64,000 nt of DNA from assembly GCA_964016885.1 (NCBI GenBank), contig OZ024740.1:170934001-170998000 (forward strand), in the 5' to 3' direction. The position numbers were made by a program, and so were the translations under genes. Origin of the DNA: Eledone cirrhosa. Its lineage: Eukaryota. Of the stretch, positions 56,905-64,000 are shown piece by piece (the first letter of the stretch is position 1; each line of letters starts with the position of its first letter). The notes below the pieces were generated by a model. It worked only from the letters and a program-made list of their open reading frames with translations. It was not told the DNA's origin and did not search any database.

Positions 56905-59052
56905 TTAGGGAGAAGTGTTTAGACGGGGTCCGTATTTGTTAATGAAGTAAGATTCCTTGCTGATGCGCTGGGTGTGGGTGGCATTATCTTTAAATTTGTA
57001 GAGGGGAAAGATTCTGAAGTTGGGATGATTTTGGGCGGCACAGGTATCAATGTGTTCACTCAGTGGTATTTTCCTGTATTCCCGTATTTTAATTTGGGAT
57101 CTATGGACAGTCATGCGTTGGCGGAGGCTGTTTTTGGTCTGGCCTATGTATTGTTCTCGACAACCTGAACAAGTTAATACATATATTAGATTTTCCGATG
57201 CACATGTGAAATTGTGTTTTACTATAAAACGTTGTCCATCTTTGAAATAGAATTCCGAACCCTCTATTAGGTTGATGCAAATGCCACAGTTGGGTCTATC
57301 GCATTTTTTTACTGTGGGTTTCGTTGTTGTGGTTGGCAGTACTTTGGCATGTGTTAAGATGTTTTTCATTGACTTGGATTGTCTTTTGCTCTTTATGATA
57401 TCGTGTGTTCGTAGAATTTGGTTCATTCTATGGTCCTTTTTCAATACAGGGATGTTCTGGAGGATGGTGTCAAAGGCCTCATTGTTGAGGAGGTTGTGTG
57501 TGGAGATGTATGGAAGAGCTTTTAGTTTTGGTTGATTTATTTTAGGGTGTCTAAGGTCCTGGGTACTGAGTTTTAGGGCACGTTGGATTCCATTGTCAAT
57601 TAGTGATGCAGGGTAGTCCCTGCCTATGAGTGTGTCCTTTAGTTCTTGTAGCCGTAAGTAGCAGATGTTTTTATTGGAGACTATAGTACAGATTCTCTTG
57701 GCTAAGTTGTAGGGAATATTAATTTTAACGTGTCTAGGGTGGCAAGAGTTGAAGGGGAGATATTGCTTGGAGTCTGTGGGCTTGTAGTATATGTCTGTTT
57801 CTATTTTTTTGTTATGGATCTTAATGAGGATGTCGAGGAAGGGGAGTTGTTGATGGCTGTATTCCATCGTGAAGTTAATATTTGTGTTGAGCCCATTTAT
57901 AAGGGTGTGAAATTCTTTAAGTTTTTCGATGTTTTCGTGCCAAAGGATGAAGCAGTCATCTAGATATCGCTTCCAGTTCCTTTCAATGTGTAAGTGGAGG
58001 GTGTTTCCAAATTTGTTTAGGACTTTAGTGTAGAGGGTGATTTCCAGGTATCCCATGACTAGGTTGGCATAAGTAGGGGCTGTTTTCGTTCCCATAGCGG
58101 TCCCAGATTTCTGCCTGTAGGGTTTGTTATTGAAAACGAAGTAATTGTTCTCCAAGATAAATTTGAGTCCCTCTATCACGAATTCTTTTTTGATGCGTTG
58201 TGGGTGTTCATTGTGGAAATTATCCAGCCAGAATTGGATAGCTTCTATTCCTAGGTTGTGGGGGATGTTGGAGTATAGGTTGACTACATCGAACGTCACT
58301 AGTAGGGTTTGTTCAGAAAGTGGCATATTAGGGAGGTGATTGAGCATATCTAGGTCGTCCCTTATATAGCTTTTGATGTGCTTGAGGAAGGGTTTGAGAA
58401 GGGTATCAATGAAGTTGCTAAGACGGTGCGTTTCGCAAGCGGGGCCTGCTATTATAGGTCTTAATTTGAGATCATTGGGTGAGGGGACATTGATGACTAT
58501 GTCTGTGGCTTCCTTGCATGCCTTACTGATTGATTCGCTTTTATGTACTTTAGGGATACCGTAGAAAAAGCTGGATTTACTTGTGAAGTCTGTGATGAAG
58601 CTGAATTCCTTGTTAGTGAGTCCTTCTTTGTATTGGTTGATTAGAGTTTTTAGGTTTCTCATAATTTTCTGTTGATTGTAGTGTTCAGCCTTTTCGTAGT
58701 ATGTTTCGTTTTCCAAAGTGGAGAGCGCTAAGTTGATATAGAATTCTGTCTCCATTAGGACTACTGTACTCCCTTTATCAGCCTCTTTAATTGTAATGGT
58801 TCTGTCGGTTTTTAATCTATTTAATTCTTTCCATTCTTTCTTGTTGAGGTTTGGCTTGTGTTTTTGTCTGTGCAAGTGTTGGTAAGGGAAGTTTGTGATG
58901 TGTTCACAGAATTCGTCCAGGATTTTATTTCTACCTTTTGAAGGGGTGTAATTGCTTCTATTTCTGGCTAATGATTCATCCTCATTGTACTGGTCGAATA
59001 GTTGTTCACTAAGTCGTAACTTTCTACAGAAGTCTGTGATGTCTTCCTTCAT
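56905..59052 (-). CDS. Penelope-like reverse transcriptase + GIY-YIG endonuclease (715 aa from first ATG; frame stays open upstream to ~59251)
   Basis: Motifs IKEADKG, FYGIPKVHK, LRPII, FDVVNLYSNI, GTAMGTKTAPTYANL and YLDDCF; a CxxxxCxxC linker; NLIYVLTCSGCREQYIGQT (GIY-YIG with internal CxxC). The conserved PLE N-terminal IINLT...LLSKGLKFRPTP lies upstream of the ATG in the same frame. Confidence 0.95.
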   Translation of the reverse strand: MKEDITDFCRKLRLSEQLFDQYNEDESLARNRSNYTPSKGRNKILDEFCEHITNFPYQHLHRQKHKPNLNKKEWKELNRLKTDRTITIKEADKGSTVVLMETEFYINLALSTLENETYYEKAEHYNQQKIMRNLKTLINQYKEGLTNKEFSFITDFTSKSSFFYGIPKVHKSESISKACKEATDIVINVPSPNDLKLRPIIAGPACETHRLSNFIDTLLKPFLKHIKSYIRDDLDMLNHLPNMPLSEQTLLVTFDVVNLYSNIPHNLGIEAIQFWLDNFHNEHPQRIKKEFVIEGLKFILENNYFVFNNKPYRQKSGTAMGTKTAPTYANLVMGYLEITLYTKVLNKFGNTLHLHIERNWKRYLDDCFILWHENIEKLKEFHTLINGLNTNINFTMEYSHQQLPFLDILIKIHNKKIETDIYYKPTDSKQYLPFNSCHPRHVKINIPYNLAKRICTIVSNKNICYLRLQELKDTLIGRDYPASLIDNGIQRALKLSTQDLRHPKINQPKLKALPYISTHNLLNNEAFDTILQNIPVLKKDHRMNQILRTHDIIKSKRQSKSMKNILTHAKVLPTTTTKPTVKKCDRPNCGICINLIEGSEFYFKDGQRFIVKHNFTCASENLIYVLTCSGCREQYIGQTKNSLRQRMTVHRSQIKIREYRKIPLSEHIDTCAAQNHPNFRIFPLYKFKDNATHTQRISKESYFINKYGPRLNTSP

Positions 59053-59189
59053 TTCATAGTAGTTAGGACGTAGTGGGGTCGGTCTGAATTTAAGACCTTT
59101 GGAGAGTAAGTTGATAAGGTTGGGTGTTGGTTCTGCACTAGTAAGATTGATAATTTTTATTACTATCGGTTTCTCCTCCCTGTCTTGTG

Positions 59190-60026
59190 TTATTTTGTTT
59201 GCCTGTATCTGTGTGCTGTGTCTAAAAAATGGTTGGGTTGTCTGCTGATGTTAAGTGGTCTCCTGTGTTTGTTATATTCCTTGTTGTTGTAAAATGTGGT
59301 CCTGGTTGGTGGTTGTAGATTGAATGGGGTGTTCCTGTACTGAGAGTATGGGTGTGTGTTTCTATGTGCCATGTTGTATTGTGGTGTTATAAGTGGCCTA
59401 CGTTGTTGGTTGTATCGTGTGGTGTGGGTTTGTTGTGTATTGTGGAAGTGAGAGTTGAGAAAATGGTAATTACCTTGCTGTCCCCTTGAAGCGGGGAAGT
59501 TGTTGCATCTATCATGGCGGTGGTATCTTTTCCCTATGTTTGACGATGAGGAATCCGCGTAGTAGTTGAGTGATTTGGTATGGTGTCTCCTTGAAGGGGG
59601 AAAGTTGTAAATGTCATTCTGGGGGAGATGATTTCTTGGGTTTTTGTTCCTTCTTATGGTAGCGAGGTTGGGAAGTTCATCTTCGGTGTGGTGCTTCCTT
59701 CTTCGTTTGTTTGAGGCTTGGGGGTTTGAGAAGTTGTTGTGCGGTTCAGTTATGGGTTTTCCTATTTTTATGAGCGGGTTATTGGAGGTGTAATCCGTTT
59801 GAAAAGTCGATTCATAGTGTAGGAACCAAGCGGCACCTTTTTCCCAGCGTTGAAGGGATTTCAGTTCTTCTCTGTTGCAGTCCCCTTTCCATAATTTGGA
59901 GATCTTCTCTACCTTGGGGCCTTCAGTTTTGTTGTTGATTTCCAGGAGGATCTCTTCATCGATGGTTTTGATTTTTTCCTCATTTGTCTGGGCCCTCAGT
60001 TTAAGAAGTTCAATTTCTGTCTTCAT
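59190..60026 (-). CDS. Upstream ORF of the PLE (coiled-coil-like start, then basic H/R/N/Q-rich low-complexity region), 5'-truncated
   Basis: 278-codon stop-free frame inside the element, overlapping the RT frame. Its ATG sits at the inversion junction, so the true start is probably lost. Confidence 0.65.
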   Translation of the reverse strand: MKTEIELLKLRAQTNEEKIKTIDEEILLEINNKTEGPKVEKISKLWKGDCNREELKSLQRWEKGAAWFLHYESTFQTDYTSNNPLIKIGKPITEPHNNFSNPQASNKRRRKHHTEDELPNLATIRRNKNPRNHLPQNDIYNFPPSRRHHTKSLNYYADSSSSNIGKRYHRHDRCNNFPASRGQQGNYHFLNSHFHNTQQTHTTRYNQQRRPLITPQYNMAHRNTHPYSQYRNTPFNLQPPTRTTFYNNKEYNKHRRPLNISRQPNHFLDTAHRYRQTK

Positions 60027-60229
60027 TTTTTAACATAAAAACAGTCTTGGCGCAAAATCAACTTTTTACATTCACATGACCTCTACCGACCAATCAAAAT
60101 TGTTTTGACCACAAGCATTTTTGCAACACAAAAATAACGCTGGAGCCACTTTTTTAACATAAAAACAGGTAGAATTCCCAAAACTAATCAGATCAGAGCA
60201 AACAGCACGGACACTCTATCTCAAAATTA

Positions 60230-60267
60230 TTTTTGAAAAGCATTTAGAAATGCGCAACCGGTAAAAA
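60230..60267 (+). ncRNA. Same variant hammerhead motif in the inverted pLTR copy
   Basis: tttTTGAAAAgcatttagaaatgcGCAACCGGTAaaaa. Confidence 0.5.
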
Positions 60268-60384
60268 CTTAAAAACTTAAAACCACAACTGAATACTAAC
60301 CCATACAATCACTAATACTCTTTTATTCCTAATTAAACCATTTTTCAACTGTGAACAATTTGTCAGCATTTTCTATTCCGTTTA

Positions 60385-60433
<49 letters not shown>

Positions 60434-60768
60434 GTACATTTTTGTTCTAAAATATTTTTCATTCTCCTTATTTTACCCGTAGTTTTGGTTCGACCAAATC
60501 TTTCTATTAGCCCATTTAACTCAACTCGCCTTTTTTTTCAAAAAAAAATCAAAATTTCCAGTTGTCCACCGTTACCATGCAATATTTTGAAAAAGGTCGA
60601 ATATAGTAGTTAATACCTCTAAAATGGAAGGATGCCTTCGTAGTCTGATATTTAAAGGAAATATGTTTTTAGTCTCAGGCATGGTTAAAGATTTCCTATC
60701 ACAACCATGTGGTTTTGTGTTCAGTCCCTCAGTAAACGTCTTCTACTACTATAGCCTCGGATTGACCA

Positions 60769-60802
<34 letters not shown>

Positions 60803-61491
60803 TTATATATATATAAGTATGTAAAGATATATACATGTGCGTGCATGTTTATGCCCAGTAATCTAGCGATTCGTCAAAAGAATATCGGTAAAATAATTAC
60901 CAGACACTCAGGAATCAAATAATTGACTAAATCCCTTAAATGCAATGCTCTAGCCTTGATATAGTCCAATAGTTGAAACCAAAAATATTTAGGTAACTCT
61001 GATGGACGAACCATGTATCTGCCTCTCGAAATCTTCGTTTTTTTTACTTGCACGTCATTCATCCTATTTTAGCCACGAACGTCATTCTTTTACATCTATT
61101 CTATGACTCCTATATGTTTCCATTCTTTACTAAGTACTCCGCCTTGCCATAATTTAAATCATTGACTATGCATCTAATATCATCCACTTAACATATCCAT
61201 TGTTTAAATATAGCATATCGTGCATTTTTCATTAGCTATGTTGACGTACATATTGTACCGACTCCAAGGCAGACAATAAGTGGTCATTCGATCTGCTAGA
61301 AATAGCAGCCAAATCTACAATTCACATCACATGCTGCTGTCTAAAATAAAATAACACATTGGATACTGTTGTCAAACATAAGCTATAGATAAACATAAGA
61401 CATGTTGGTCACAGCTGGACGGTATTTCTTAGATGAACAATAACGATCGATAATATACAAGCAACAATAACAGCAAATCTACTTATAATGG

Positions 61492-61710
61492 TTTCTGATT
61501 TTGGCACAAGGCCAGCAATTTTGGGGGGCACGGAATGTCGATTAAATTGACCGCAGTATGTGACTGGTACTTTATTTTATCGAGCCCGTAAGGTTGAAAG
61601 ACAATGTTAACATCGGCGGGATTTGAACTCAGAACGTAAAGGGACGTAACTCAACGCCGATAAGTAGGGTGTCCGACGCTCTACCGATACTGCCAATCCA
61701 CCACCCTAGA
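61492..61710 (-). mobile_element. Nin-type SINE
   Basis: Closely matches 20435-20648. Confidence 0.78.
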
Positions 61711-61996
61711 AAATCTACTAATAACCATGATTGACATAGTCCAGAAACTTCTATAAGAATCGATAAAATAAATCTACTGCAATTTATCTTTATCGATCCC
61801 AACATTGATGAACGACAAATTCGACGGGTTTCAAACTCAAAACTTTGAGGGACGGAACTAAGTATGATTTCAGCCCTCTGCTACCTTAACTACCCTCTTA
61901 TTAATGATTTTTCATGAAAACATAAGACATCAGCAGTGAGCTTGATCTATGAAACCAACTCCATTACATACCTACCATCTGGGGGGTGGGGGTGAA

Positions 61997-62340
61997 GGCA
62001 CGTGGATTAGTGGTTAAGGTGTTTGTCTTACGAGTGCAAAGTCACGAATTCGATTTCCTAGCAACGCTTTGTTTCCATGAAGCAAGAAACTTTATTTCAT
62101 ATTGCTCCAGTCCATTCACTGAAGAAAAGTGATCTGTACCTGTAATTCAAAGGGCCAGTTTTGCCACACATTGATTAATGCGGAATCTCCCTGAGAACTA
62201 CGTTAAGGGTGCACGTAACTGTGGAATGCTCAGCAACATAGACATTAATTTCACAAGCATGTCGTTCCGTTATTCAAAGTGGAAAGCTGGTCGCTGGGCT
62301 GGGACCGACTGACGTCTAACAACAACAACAACAACAACAA
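61997..62340 (+). mobile_element. tRNA-derived SINE with (AAC)n tail
   Basis: Box A tagtggttaagg, box B-like gaattcgatttc, core agcaagaaactttatttca (also at 32677-32792). Confidence 0.7.
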
Positions 62341-62534
62341 CAAAACAATGTTTTATCGCCACTAGAGATAGGCGAGGACTGATCAATGGTAAACAATAAT
62401 AGATTTCGGTTAGATTCGAACTCAGAATGTATAGTTAATAAATAGGATAGTGAAAGGTTTTCAGTTTAGTACACCATCTATAACAGAAATGAAATGCACT
62501 TTGTGAGAATATAAACATGGTTTCGTGATGTAAC

Positions 62535-62872
62535 AAGGCCAAATGGTTAAGTTACTGACTTTAATATCGTGAGGTTACAGGTTTGATTTCATTAAGTGGC
62601 ATCTTGGACAAATGTCTTTTGCTATATATTCGGGTCGGCCCAACGCAAACCTTGTCAGTGAAACAGGGTAGACGGAATCTGTTTCGAGGTCCGTGTTGTG
62701 GATTGTACCTGCTAATTCCAAGGTCCAGCTATGTCATATATTGTGTCACGTTGAATCTCCTAAATAATAACACATTTCTGTTGAATATTGAGCCACGTAG
62801 ACGTTAATTCATGAGCAGGCCGTTCTGTTAACAGAATATCTATAAAACTCATTGCAGAAAGTGACGAAGGTT
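62535..62872 (+). mobile_element. tRNA-derived SINE (second family), degenerate
   Basis: ggccaaatggttaag head; same core and tail as the 870 copy. Confidence 0.6.
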
Positions 62873-63003
62873 ATATTTTAGATTTAGTTTGACGATGATT
62901 TTTTTTTTATAGGGGCAGGACTGTATTGATTTCAATTTTAGATTGGCTTATACATATTGAAATTTGATTGACAAAAAACATGAAACCGAACCCCAATTTC
63001 TTT

Positions 63004-63214
63004 TTAACATCTTTGATGCCAAACTGCCTGAACCTGTATTCGGTTCTATGATACAAAGTTGTTTGTTTTAAAATGTTTGTATATATCTAAAACCCTTCGA
63101 TCTTAATAATGAAAAGGCTAGTTATAGTGCTAAATCCATCTAAAACCTTGATTATTTTCAAATTTTTACGTTCAAGAATATTTTTCATTAGAAATATTGC
63201 AACGAAAGAGTTAA
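63004..63214. mobile_element. TTAA-bounded MITE-like remnant
   Basis: ttaacatctttgatgc ... gcaacgaaagagttaa, imperfect inverted termini. Confidence 0.4.
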
Positions 63215-63791
63215 GCTAGAATACTGAGTAAAAAGAAAACCAGATATTTACTCCCTGGCATTTAATCTGGAACGCCAACCACAATATTTATTGAATATAT
63301 AATGAATAAATTAACAACGTCAAAGGAAAAAGAAAAGAAAAATAATTATTCACCGCAGTGTTTTCGAACCTCTACTAATTTTACTTCATTTCCTTTAAAG
63401 TTTCAATATGATTTATTTCATAGAGACATCTATTTTTTTTTTCGCATAATTTTGCTTCTATTTTTATTTCACTCCTCTTTTTTACTCTCTTTCTCTCTCT
63501 CCCTCTTTCTTTTCAAGTAATTGATCCATTTTCGTTTTGATCATTGTGAGAGCTGGCCAAATCTCTCTTCATTTTTTTACTATTTCTATTCTGCCCATCT
63601 TCTTCAACGGACGCTGAAATGACACTGCCAACTATTCTCTACACTGCGAAACAAGATTGCTTACCGCAGAGGAAGTAATTTACAGTCACATTATCAAATA
63701 TATTTGATAGCAATTCAACTTTAGGAACTACTTTCCTACAATAATACAGAAATATTCTTCTCTAAAATCAAAGGTTTCATATATCTCTGTG

Positions 63792-63932
<141 letters not shown>

Positions 63933-64000
63933 TCACTCACACACATACATGCTCAGATAATGACTATCTTCAGTCAGCATTGATGATTTCAGATAATGAA

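Larger units (their letters stand above)
55654..60392 (-). mobile_element. Penelope-like element (GIY-YIG-containing PLE, Neptune/Naiad-type), 5'-truncated, with inverted pseudo-LTR; inserted in (TA)n
   Basis: Contains an intact RT+GIY-YIG ORF. 55689-56056 is the near-perfect reverse complement of 60026-60392, the 5'-inverted pLTR architecture known for PLEs. The 3' copy carries a unique ~35-nt tail. (TA)n flanks both ends. Confidence 0.93.

Noticed and set aside
61997-62060. tRNA gene
   Set aside because: A/B boxes only, followed by a SINE core and tail; no full cloverleaf.

Overview
Gene-poor, AT-rich animal DNA saturated with microsatellites ((TA)n, (CA)n, (TACA)n, (GATA)n, (TAA)n, (GA)n) and retroelements. 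The SINE repertoire and repeat density suggest an octopus or other cephalopod (inference). Almost all ORF-track hits are microsatellite artefacts, and I can support no host gene. Main contents: (1) A head-to-tail array of R4/Dong-type RLE non-LTR retrotransposons in a (TAA)n tract, made of three 2962-bp units plus two further truncated copies (33351-44208). (2) A young Penelope-like element (RT + GIY-YIG, 55654-60392) with an inverted pseudo-LTR and a variant hammerhead ribozyme. Its upstream ORF overlaps the RT frame at a U_UUU_UUA heptamer, a candidate -1 ribosomal frameshift. (3) About 20 tiny (60-400 bp) Penelope-terminus elements from several families inserted in (TA)n. Many are fold-back palindromes carrying minimal type I hammerhead ribozymes, and they turn around at or near the ribozyme. 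(4) Tx1/L1, RTE, CR1/L2 and CRE-like fragments, tRNA-type SINEs, hAT MITEs and a ~136-bp minisatellite. Several retroelement families each sit consistently in their own microsatellite type.
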